Positions 24,332 to 34,961 of a DNA stretch of 64,000 nucleotides are shown here, piece by piece. The notes under the pieces are model-generated. The model was given only the letters and a program-made list of their open reading frames with translations, was not told the origin of the DNA and ran no database searches. This stretch comes from Lytechinus pictus. Taxonomy: Eukaryota. Position numbers and translations under genes: made by a program. The stretch covers positions 35,774,001-35,838,000 of the forward strand of contig NC_087251.1 in assembly GCF_037042905.1 (NCBI RefSeq), given 5' to 3'. The stretch's first letter is position 1; the number at the start of each line of letters is the position of its first letter.

Positions 24332-27300
24332 AATTTTATTTATACAGACATTTTTACAACTGTTTAATGAGTTGTTTAATAATGTAGATATGCTACTTTT
24401 TAATTGAACAGTGTGGGATGTTGGCAAAGGCCACTCCCTTTCCGAATCATTATTGTCTCGCCTGCATAGCAGAGCGAGACTAAAGTCGCCTCTTTTCCGA
24501 CGGCAGCGGCTGCGGCGTCATCATTGAAATCTTCAGGTTAAGTTTTTGAAATGTCATCATAACTTAGAAAGTATATAAACCTTTTTCATGAAACTTAGAC
24601 ATAAGAGTAATCATGTATTACTAAACATCATGCCTGAGATTTAGGTCACATGAACAAGGTCAAAGGCCATTTAGGGCCAACGAGCTTAGACCATGTTGGG
24701 AGAATCAAAATCGAAATCTTAACCTAAGATTAAGTTTTTGAAATGTCATCATAACTTAGAAAGGAAAGTATATGAGTCTAGTTCATAAAACTTAGACATA
24801 TGGGCAATCAAGTATTACTAATTATGCTTTCAGGTTATATGACCAAGGTCAAATGTCATTTAGGGTCAATGCATTTTGGCCGTGTTGGGGGCTATTGGTT
24901 GAATTGCAATCATAACTGAAAGATTATGGATCTAGTTCATGAAACTTAAACAAATGAGTAATCAAACATCACGCAACATCCCGTGCGAGTTTCAGGTCAC
25001 ATGACCAATGTCAAAGGTCATATAGAGTAAATTAACTTAAATTATGTTGGGGGAATCAAATCTTTAATAACCAAAGTTATTTTTTATAAAAAAAACTTTG
25101 AAAGTATAATAGATCTAGTTCATGAAACTTGGTAATTAGAGTAACCAGGTATCAGTGAACAACTTGCACGAGTTTCAGGTCACATGACCAAGTTCAAAGG
25201 TTATTTAAGGTCAATGAACTTTGGCCATATTTGGGGGTCTTTTTCGTTGAAAGTTAATGGATATATTCATGAAATGAGGACATAGGGGTAATCAAGTATC
25301 ACTGATCATCTTGTACAAGTCTGAGGTCACATGATCAAGGTCAAATAGCATTTAGGGTCAATGAACATATTTTATTATGGTATGAATTGTGTTTTGTGAA
25401 TAATTATTCTATAGTCGTTTTCAAAGTCAGCACTGCTGCTATATTGAATCGCCTAATGCAGGCGAGATTGCCAGAGGCTTCACTTGTTCACTTGTTATTT
25501 TATATTTATTGTTATATTTTAAATTTATTTCGCAGAATATAAAACAAATCAATTAAACACTTCAGTTCCAGTGACAAAAATAATTGTTACAGTAACACCA
25601 TATTTAGACACTGGATGCACCTGGATGAGCTGCCAGGCATTGGGCAAACTTAACCAAATTACTGTAATCCTCGGACCCGGTTCATACCAGTGAAATATAT
25701 GATCTTTCTTCCTTTTTATTCTCCAGTCCCCATCAAAACCCTCCAAGAGATGAACACAGACGAGGTCAAGAAATGGCTGATTGAGGAATTGCGTATATCT
25801 GTCAGCATAGCTGATAAATTAGCAGAAGCGTGTGTAGATGGGGAGCTTTTGCTACGATATGAAGATCAGCATTTACAAAAGGATTTCCAATTGCCTACTG
25901 GAGTGATGCGAAAGATAATCTATGCTAGAGATTATCATATGAAGAAGCGTGCTCATGCACAACCACACCTCGCACCTGCATCAGAATGTTCCGACAACTT
26001 AAACAAAGACGCCGGAACGACGGGGAATATACATAGATCTCCCTCAGCATCTGGAACACATGAAAGTAAAAGAGATGCGCAGATCACTGAACTTACAGCA
26101 TCAGTGAAGAGGTTAAACACAGAAGATGATGACGTGGGGAAATCAGTGGCGGTAGAAATTTCTCAGCCGGCGCCACTTTCCAAAGAAGAAGAATCAGCAG
26201 GAGAAGCAAAGCTGCGATATCTCCTGACAGGTGATGAGAGTGGATCATTAGACCGTTCTTTCCATCCCGTTCTTGTGGTTAACAAACCTGCATTTGAAGA
26301 ATCTCGAGATGATAAGCTAGAAAGTCTCAAGGAAAGGCTCGACTTTGTTTCTCTGGTGAACTGGAATGCAGTATTTGATTGCAATCCAAAGTCTCGTGAG
26401 GATGGAGTATGTTCAATGGTTGAAGAAAAGCGCGAAATCAAGCTTCTCCTTCCTGAGACATTCAACAAAGAAATTCCACCCGAAGAAGTAGATTTCAACG
26501 ACGTCCCTTCTTGGATATTTTCAAATGGACGAGATGATCTTGAAGAATTACAAAGCCCGAGTCTTGCTTCAGATTGGAATGAAAAATATGGCGCAGGAGT
26601 TGATCGTGCAATAGATTATTTTGCCACGAATGCAATTCCTAAGAAAAGAGCAATCGTTGTTTTTCTTCTTCTTTCGAGAGACAGTGTGCAGGTAATGAGT
26701 GATATCTTCAAGAAATTGCAGTCATCTTTGCAAGGTCAAGGGAATTTCACATTCATTGCAGAAAGTCAAGACCTTTTTGAGATTTGGGCAGATGAAGTCA
26801 AGAAATGGTTACCACGGAATCAACTAGAGCAGCGAAGTTTTATTGGTACTGAATGGAAATATGTTAATAAATTCATTCAGAGGCAATACGAACAATTTGC
26901 CATTTCCCAAGCTGAACTGCCCTTATCAGACGGGAAGGTGTGCAATCTTCCAAACAAGAAGCGCTCTCAATGGCTCAACATAGGTGTTCTTCCGTCAAAT
27001 GAGTGTGAAAACACAGACATGGACGAGGACGGTCCGAAATTCAAGAAATTCGTTTCAAAGCAAGAGTTGACTTTCTACAAAGGAAACGATGTCTCTTGGT
27101 GGAACTTTCACCTAACCGAAGGAAGAGGAAAGAAACAACGATTCAACCAAGTTTTACGACGTGAAGTCAGTAAAACGTTGAACGAGTTAGTAAAGTCGAA
27201 ATGGAAGCCAGCCAATCCGAATGATGGATCTAGCCCCATTGTGACAATAACTATCTTTCATGAACCGGGGTCGGGTGCGAGTACCACCGCAAGACAGGTT

Positions 27301-29826
27301 CTATGGGATTTCCACCATCAACTTCGCTGCGTTATTGTTAAGCGAGCAGTAATGCGAACAGTTGAAGAAATACTTGAAGTCCGCCGATATGGGTATGAGA
27401 GTTCAGAAGAACCTCCACCAGCCCTTGTGTTGCTTGATGACATGGATGATACAGAGGTTGTCGACCTTATTGCACAGCTTGAACGAGCAACTAACAACAA
27501 TGACTGTTTGTCAATTATATTACTTCAATGCAAAAGAACACCCAATTCTGAGCTTTTGGCGAAAGACTCAGTTGTTGTCATGAAGCATGAATTGAATGAT
27601 CAAGAACGAAGATGGTTCGATGACAAATTCAAGGAATATGAAAAGGAGTACAGTATGTGCCCAGAGAAGTTGATTGGGTTCATGGTAATGAAAGAACAGT
27701 GTAACCCAGAATATATTCAAAGAATTGTATCAAACATCTTACGTGAGATGAAGAACAATGCAGATAAGAAATACCACAATGAAGCTCAGCTGCTCAAGTA
27801 CATCGCAGTTATCAATAAGTATCTGGGAGATGTCGGTATGCCTGTGTCCTGTTGTGATGAAATGATGAGTGTAGGAGAGAGAATAAGATGTCAAGGAGGA
27901 TACAGATTGAAGTATGATCCATGGGAAAAACATCTTTCAAATGCGACATGCCTTCTCCTAATCCAAACAGAAGTGCATACAAAATCGGGTCCTACAAATG
28001 TAGTAAAGGTGGTTAACTCTGTCCTTGCAGCTGAGGTTGTCAAGCAACTTGAAGAAGACAATGGCCAAACAATTGGAGAAATTGTCAAGGAGTTCATATA
28101 TGACTCTAAAATCCTTGACTCAAAGGCTTACATAAAGTCGTACATCGAACTCATAATCCGGAGATTACTTGTACAACGGAAGAAGATTGACAATGACTGG
28201 AGAGAAAAAAGTGCATTCTCTCCTTTGGTTGAGCATCTTGTCAAGGAAAATCTAAATCTAGCATTTCAACTTCTTGAAGACACATCTAAAAAATTCAAGA
28301 GTGGATATATTGCTCAGCAGCTGGCACGCTTGTACAAATCGAGAGGAAAGCTTGATGAAGCAGCTCAATCTGCGAGGATGGCTACTGACTTTAAGAGTGA
28401 CAATCCTTTCTATTGGGATACCCGGGGCAGGATCATCATTAGCAAAATGGAGAAGTATAAGGAGCAGCAAAATTACACATCAGTAGACGAGTCTGAAGCC
28501 CCCACATTGATAAATCTCCTGGATGAGGGGATGTGCGTCTTCAAGAGGTGTCAGGACATTTTTGGAGGGGAATACAGTTATTATTCCCCCTATGCTGGCT
28601 ACTGTGGTGAGCTAAAGGTAATCTTCTTGTTTATTCACATAATGGAATTACGTGTATTACCGTTTTGTTCCTCATCCCAAGAATGTGTACGTAAATTGAA
28701 AGTTTACTTCTTGACAGATGAAAACCTTCCGGATCTCAGCGTCTTTTGGAAATACAAACGAGAACATCTTAAGGAGTTACCGAAGAGAGCAGACCTCGTG
28801 CTCGATAAAATCTCAGATCTGATGACATTCAGCAGAGCTAAACCAACAACCAAGCAATACCCTGAAGGCCATCTATGCAAGGTACAGTCCGAGATAGACT
28901 TGTTCAATCAGAAGATGCTTGAGTATTTTACAATTGACATACATCAATCCCCACCAAAGTCTGTTCTAGAAAATTCTTGGAGAAGGGCACAAGTGAAGGC
29001 AATGAAGGCTGATTCTTTCTCTGCCATATTCAAAATGGCACAAGATGGTAAGGAGGATAGCCTAAAGGAAGTTAGAAGCATTCTCAACGCAAATAACGAA
29101 ACAAGTGCCTTTGATCTGAAACTATTGGTCTGCATTTCATTTGCGTTGTCCTCCTTAGGCTGTGAAGATGTTGACTACGATAGAACAGTCAAACTGGTCC
29201 AGAAACTCAATGAAATTGACAAAAGTTTGTATGGTGCCTTCTTTGCTATGATGTTAGCCTGGCCAAGAGATGACCTGACTGCAAGACGTAGTGATGTCGG
29301 GATGTCCCCATGGAATGCAGTTCAGAATCTAATCAAGAAGGGGAAAAGCTTTCTTAGAAAAGAAGAAAAAACACCTCATACTAATCAATCCTTTCAACAT
29401 CATCATTTAAATAAACCTCTCACTTACTTCTTGTTTGCCAAGGGAGAAGGGCTGCAGGCATTCCTCCACATTAACGAGTTCCACGCTTCTCCGTCAACAC
29501 TGGAAGATGAAAGGCATAAGTTCTGGTCGAGAGAAGGAGTAAGCCAGCAATTGGTGCGTCTAGAGGGAACAATTAAAGATAGGGGGAGGATCGTGTACAA
29601 AACCCCTGCAAATGAACACATCTACATTGGACTATCTCGCAGACGGATAAGCCAACCAAGTCAAGAAAGGGTCTCTTTCTACCTTGGCTTCAATTTCCAT
29701 GGACCTGTTGCATTCGACGTTTCCGAAAAACGATCGCACTTCAATCCCAGTTCACGAGAGGAATATCAGCCAGGTGCCGTGTCAGACGTATCCAGGGTAT
29801 CTTGTGGGCAGCATACTTGTCCATGA
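10788..29826 (+). CDS. SAMD9-like: SAMD9/SAMD9L-like STAND NTPase, spliced model: exons 10788-10917, 11640-11792, 12198-12629, 25727-29826 (4815 nt, 1604 aa)
   Basis: All three introns are GT-AG with polypyrimidine tracts and all are phase 1, so the four exons join into one open frame (TCA G|AT, GAG G|AA, AAA G|TC). The last exon is a 4.1 kb ORF, like the single large coding exon of vertebrate SAMD9. Linkage of the three small exons across the 13 kb intron is inferred from phase compatibility. Confidence 0.7.
11640..11792 (+). CDS. SAMD9-like exon 2 (DESPTIVADGKTLIFRKNATINRGDVNTFHVGDVYHHDHTHEEHGGSTGFE), cRHIM-like motif
   Basis: Acceptor ttttttttatcttgcag, donor GAGG|gtgaga; 153 nt, phase 1-1, open frame. 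Not in the ORF track because it is short. Confidence 0.65.
12198..12629 (+). CDS. SAMD9-like exon 3, TRADD-N-like domain
   Basis: Acceptor tttctccttttatag, donor AAAG|gtacct; 432 nt, phase 1-1; the protein-like part of ORF 12017..12706. Confidence 0.7.
13816..13954. other. Assembly gap (139 N)
   Basis: Run of N. Confidence 1.
14039..14110 (-). tRNA. tRNA-like gene, Glu-like body, UCA anticodon, full cloverleaf, followed by T7
   Basis: GTCTCTG TG GTCT AGTGGTTA AGGC A CCGGC GTTCAAA GCTGG GGGC CCGGG TTCGATT CCCGG CAGAGAC A TTTTTTT. All four stems pair and A/B boxes are intact; G32 is atypical. It lies in a repeated element, so it may be SINE- or transposon-borne. Confidence 0.55.
14187..14258 (+). 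pseudogene. Inverted second copy of the tRNA-like gene with a disrupted acceptor stem
   Basis: Identical body and downstream flank, but the 5' strand TCCTTTG pairs poorly with CAGAGAC. Confidence 0.65.
15017..18704. mobile_element. Foldback element with TGT...ACA ends (Ginger-like termini) and modular tandem TIRs
   Basis: TGTTGCACCCACAAATGTAATAA arrays (~20 bp units) and ~59-bp CCAGACCCGG arrays are mirrored at the two ends; inserted in a poly-G run. Confidence 0.75.
18705..20305 (+). repeat. Complex tandem array (~120-370 bp higher-order units)
   Basis: Repeated GACTTGAGGTCAATAATGGTGGTATTCATCTTACCTGAAGTTGTTATGACTCT..GTGGATTTTCAGGAATAGATAACATTAC. Confidence 0.8.
21223..22083. mobile_element. 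TA-flanked MITE (Tc1/mariner-pogo-like)
   Basis: GGAAGGCGGGGTAAGTTG / CAACTTACCCCGCCTTCC TIRs, internal GGGGCAAGTTG repeats, TA flanks. Confidence 0.65.
22150..23125 (+). repeat. ~80-bp tandem array with GCGAGCGCGAAGCGCGAGCTGAAA core
   Basis: About ten imperfect units; the same core occurs inside the hAT-like elements elsewhere in the window. Confidence 0.8.
23193..23365 (+). mobile_element. tRNA-derived SINE (V-SINE-like core)
   Basis: A box TGGCCGACTGG, B box GGTTCGATCCC, core GCCCGTGAGCAAGGCATTTAA; partial copy at 36238-36362. Confidence 0.7.
24453..25488 (+). mobile_element. Diverged copy of the same HINE family, in the SAMD9-like intron
   Basis: TTGTCTCGCCTGCATAGCAGAGCGAGAC ... AATGCAGGCGAGATTGCCAGAGGCTTCACTTGTT. 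Confidence 0.75.
25727..29826 (+). CDS. SAMD9-like: SAMD9-like main exon: SAM, linker, SIR2-like, STAND P-loop NTPase, TPR-like, OB fold
   Basis: SAM: MNTDEVKKWL...VDGELLLRYEDQHLQKDFQLPTGVMRKII. SIR2-like start KLRYLLTG..LD..F.PVLVVNK..LDFV..VNWNAVFDCNPKS, compare SAMD9 KLVKLLTG..LDFLKEIKWFAVLEFDPES. Also FYKGNDVSWWNF; Walker A IFHEPGSGASTTARQVLWDF; Walker B LVLLDD; YIAQQLAR and YWDTRGR in the TPR region; C-terminal VSFYLGFNFHGPVAFDV. Confidence 0.93.
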
Positions 29827-31020
29827 AGCAGAGGAACAAGCAGAAACTCTCATTCGAAAATGTAAGTTGAAAACACCATGTGCAAAGATTAATTAAATAT
29901 ACATGTAAACCTTTTCAACAGGTTATCGGTCAATTATTTTGTTCATATTTTTTCCATCAATGTCGGTGTAAAAAAGAGAAGGTGGTCCGGTAAAGATTTA
30001 AAATTTGGGATGAGGGGTTTATTTTTCAAAATAGAATGTTTAAAAATTAAGTTTATTGACCGATTTCTGATATTTTATTTTTTTAGCAAACTGTATGATA
30101 ATGTTTGCGCCACTCCAGCCATTCCTATCTTGCCTTCATTCACTTTCTCTCTATTTTCCTGCTTATCATTCAATATTATCTATATATATATTTTATTGCC
30201 TTTGTATTACCTTTTTTTATCTTGGTTCTGTAATCCTTATTTGTTTCTTGCTTATTTGTTTCTATGAATTACAGCTTGAAGCAATACGGATGAAATATAA
30301 ACTAGAATCGGATCTCCGGGACATTAAGGCTCAAATTTAGGATGAGATCGAAAGAGAAGACGACGAGGACATTTACCCTCGTAACACGAAAAGATGATGA
30401 GTGTTTTTTCATAGAAATGTGTCTAATTCAATTTATCGTCGGGATGCAGTGAGGTGTGCGATTATTATGACTTAACTGTCACTTGTCACACTAATATAAA
30501 CTTCTAATGCATTGGTTTGAAATATGAAAACAATATTGCTTATGATAGATCCCATATATGGCCCTAACTGCTCACTGGAAAAATGCTAGTATTGAGCGAT
30601 TCCATGCTAGAAAATTAGCAATTTCCACAATATTTTTAACCTGATTTACAACGAGGATCTTCAATTTGTTTCTTGGTAATAATAGAGTACTACTGTATTG
30701 TGAAAAATTGACAACCAACAATAATATGCTGTCCTTATGTGAAATACAGGTCAAAATGATTAATTTCTCAAAGTATAATCTAACAATATTTCTCTAGTGT
30801 AAGATAATTAAGAATTAATCATTTGCATAATATTTGAATGAATTGAGGGTACCCAAATAAAAAAAGACGCAACTTTGGTTTGTGTCCGAAAAATACCATA
30901 CCTTGCGTAAACAATAAGAATTTAAGGACCATGTCATTTTCACCAAATTTAGCAGAAAGTTACTTTTGTATCTGTGCATTATAAAAATGCAAAAAGTAAT
31001 ATAGGTTCATGTGCTTATTT

Positions 31021-31785
31021 GTTTATGCCCCCGCAGACGAAGTCCGAAGGGGGCATTGAGCGTTGCCCCTGCCCGTCCGTCCGTCCCCCACTTGGTTTCC
31101 GCGCAATAACTCAAAAAATATTTAATGGATTTTAAAAAATTGTAGTGTGTAGGTAGATGACACCAAAATACAGGCTAAGTTTGAATTCGGAGTCCGCAGG
31201 TCAAATGTCAAAGGTCACAGCTCATTAAATATGCGAGTTGGTTTCCGCACAATAACTCGAAAAATATTTAATGGATTCAAAAATGTGTGGTGTGTAGGTA
31301 GATGACACCAAAATACAGGCTAAATTTGAATTCGGAGTCCGCAGGTCAAATGTCACAGCTCATGAAATATGCGAGTTGGTTTCTGCGCAATAACTCAAAA
31401 AATATTTAATGGATTTAAAAAAAATTGTGGTGTGTAGGTAGATGACACCAAAATACAGGCTAAGATTTGATTTGGAGTCCGCAGGTCAAAGGTCACAGCT
31501 CATTAAGTATGCGAGTTGGTTTCCGCACAATAACTCGAAAAATATTTAATGGATTAAAAAGAAATTTGGTGTAGGTAGATGACACCAAAATACAGGCTAA
31601 GTTTAAATTCGGAGTCTGCAGGTCAAAGGTCACAGCTCAGTATATATGCGAGATGGTTCAAAGGTCTAAATTTGTTCATTATGCATATTGGTTTCTGCAT
31701 TATATTTAGTTCAATCATATTGAATGAATTTCTGATCGCGTTAAGCGGGGTCATCTGTGTCCTTTGGACACGTCAAATTTTTAGT
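31021..31785 (+). mobile_element. Second HINE family with ~125-bp tandem core
   Basis: TTTATGCCCCCGC...GGGGGCAT hairpin, (GTCC)n microsatellite, about four tandem units (GTAGATGACACCAAAATACAGGCTAA...), 3' GCGGGGTCAT plus hairpin and TAGTTT end. Confidence 0.65.
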
Positions 31786-33630
31786 TTCTACGGGACTTCA
31801 AAGTCGCCATATTTGAATGATATGAAAACAATGTTGCACAATCAAGAGAATTATGCCTCTCTTAGACCTCACGAATCCACCAAATTAAAATCATCTTTAC
31901 TCTGTCGATATCGCATCAAACTTTAAGGATATGTAACTAATTGGGTACCAAAGTAGGAAAATATCTTTTAATTGACACGACTAAATCTATTTGGAGTCAG
32001 CAGCGCCCTCATTTGACAAGAATGGTGCATAAACTTCAAAAAACACATCTCAAAAGGACGTGAATCTTATACTCGAAAATTCAAAAAAGTATAGTTTAAG
32101 CTGCACTTTATTCAAAATCCATGTCCTTTTCATCAAATTCGGCAAAATTGTAGAGCAATGCATTGCAAAGGTGTAGGGAAGTTAAAAATAGGAGGTCCAT
32201 GTGCTTTTTTTTTAATTATCAGTGTCCAAAGTGTTGCGAGTTGGCTTGAAAATCGCCTAAAATGCGCCGAAAACATGCAAAAGTCGAATAATACCGTCTG
32301 AAATGCGAATGGTTCCGTAGTTCTGCTCCCAAACATTTGAAATCCATGTCATTTTCATCATACTCTCTAGATTTGTCGAGGAATATATTCTGAAGACGTT
32401 GAAATATTAAAAATATGGGGTCCATACTCGTTTTTAAACTATCTTCTTCTTCTGAAAATACCGTCCAAAATATCTAGAATACGAATGGTTTCTTAGTTCT
32501 GCTCCCAAACATTCAAAATCCATGTCATTTTCATCTTACTATCTAGATTTGTAGAGGAATATAATTTGAAGACGTTGAAATATTAAAAATATGGGGTCCC
32601 TACTCGTTTTTTAAACTATCCTTGTCTAACCTCTAAAGTGTTGCGAGTTGGCTTGAAACAGCCCAAAATGGGCCTAAAATGTGCAAATGTCTAATACCGT
32701 CTAAAATGTCTAAAATGCGAATTGTTCCGTAGTTCTGCTCCCAAACATTCAAAATCCATGTCATTTTCGTCATACTCCAGATTTGTAGAGGAATATATTT
32801 CAAAGACGTTAAAACATTAAAAATATGGGGTCCATTCGCTCGTTTTTAAACTCTCAGTGTCCAAAGTGTTGTGAGTTGGCTTGAAACAATTTATAATGCG
32901 CTTAGTAAAACGGGCAAAAGTCTAATACCTTCCAAAATGTCTAAAATACGAATGGATCCTTTGTTCTGCTCCCAAACATTCAAAATCCATGTCAATAACT
33001 TATTCTCTCTAGATTTATAGAGGAATATATTCTGAAGACATTAAAGCATTAAAAATATGGGGTCCATGTGCTCGTTTTCAAATTTCATTGCCCAAAGTAT
33101 TGTGAGTTGGCTTGAAACAGCCCAAAAATGCGCCGAAAACAAGCAAAAGTCTGATAACACCGTCTAAAATGAGAATGGTTCCGTAGTCTTGCTCCCAAAC
33201 ATTGAAAATCCATGTCATTTTCATAAAACTTTGCACATAGATACTTCAGCACCTGAATATTCCAAATATGCACAAATAAACATCAGTCCATGTGCTTGAT
33301 TTTTTGCTATACAGCTTCAAATTTCACCCAAATGGATGTTCTTAAGAATTGCGCATTCAAAATAATTTGGCATTTTTAAACCTCACAAGATCACAACAAT
33401 GAGTTTAAAGCTCTATTACTCAGTCAAAATCCATGAAAATTTCATCAACTTTGCAATATAATTAATAATTGTATCCTTAAGATGGATAATCTATTTATAT
33501 TGCTATTAATTGTTTGCTATTTTAAATCTAACAGCACTCTCAGTTTTTAAAAATTGCGCGAAAGATAACAAAAACTCAACAATATGAAATTTCAATAACA
33601 AACTTGAGAAGTACAAGAAATGCTGCACTT

Positions 33631-34961
33631 CAAATGGATCAAACAGTAAACATCCATTCGAATTATTGGCACACCTTTACTTTTGTGCATGCATCAACCT
33701 AATCAAGGGTTATTATAATCCTACCTTTGCCTTTGTCTCTTTCTCGTTTTCAGTCATTAATGAACACTCAGTTATGATGTTTTTATATACATGTACTGTT
33801 AATACACTGTATTAAAATTTTATCTATGTGCCTTTTGCTGTAGCTGCAATTTTCTTTTTTAGCAAATGTTTAAGCAGAGTACATATAATGCAGTTTAGAG
33901 GATTTTTTTTTTTGTTCTATGTTTTTGTATATATGTATAGTTATAGTTATTTTAATATGACTATTACTTGGTAGTTATGATCTATGTTGGGTAGAAACAA
34001 TTTTGTAAAGTAAAGACTGTATACTTACTTTTTAATTTAATAATAATCTTCACAGTGAGTCATTTTCTGTGGATCCTATACCTTTTTAAACAGGCTCAAC
34101 TTTAGCTTACATATTATATATTTAAATATAGATGATGCCCATGGTGTTTGCTAGGAAGTTCGCTGTCTATGAAGAATTGTATATAGGAATGAGTTTGCGT
34201 GTATGTGTGTGTGTATGCTTGTTGTGGAGTGTGGTCTCCCAATGTAGTAGGTTTATTTTGCTTCAAAACTTTGATGTACAGGTTTATCAAGAGTTTCAGT
34301 GTGTGTTTGCTTTTAATGTCATTACGCCTTAACACTTTTAATTGTAGAGGCCTTCAAGATGGTTTTAAGAGGAAAAAAGTATTCAAGTTTTTACGAGAAT
34401 CAAAATATGATATAATTTTTCTTCAGGAAACACACTCAAGTAAAAGTGATGAAATGTTATGGCGCCCCCAATGGGGTGGACAGGCTATGTTTAGTAGCTA
34501 CACAGCAAATAGCAGAGGAGTAGCTATTTTATTTAAGTCTTCTTTGAGAATATCTTTATCATCATCATATTCTGACCCGGAAGGAAGGTTTCTTATCCTT
34601 CATATGAGTGTAAAAGATATGGATCTCATATTGGTCAATGTATATGGTCCAAACAAGGATTTACCAGAGTTTTTTGTTAATATGTTTGCGAAAATAGATG
34701 ATGTAGGTAACTCAAGGATTGTATTGGCAGGTGACTTGAATATCGCAGTAGGTCCCTTGGATTACGAGGGCTCTTGTCCTGTTCACCATAATATTCATGC
34801 TAAAAGTTGTTTTAATATGTATGTCGAGGAATTAAGCCTTGTTGATGTTTGGAGAAGAGACCACAGTCGAGATAAGGTTTTCACACGGCACCAGAAAAGT
34901 CCATTAGTTTCCTCTAGATTGGATTATATTTTTGTGTCCAGTGATTTGTTGACTTGTGTGA
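33631..34961 (+). mobile_element. L1/Tx1-clade LINE fragment: AT-rich spacer plus AP endonuclease domain of ORF2 (ATG 34316)
   Basis: TFNCRGL, DIIFLQETHS, SRGVAIL, DPEGRFL, LVNVYGPN, LAGDLN, LVDVWR, SRLDYIFVS; flanked by the 16-bp direct repeat AAGAAATGCTGCACTT. Confidence 0.9.

Noticed and set aside
25690-25726. ORF-track N-terminus MKYMIFLPFYSP of the 1378-aa ORF
   Set aside because: This is the polypyrimidine tract and acceptor of the intron; the exon starts at 25727.
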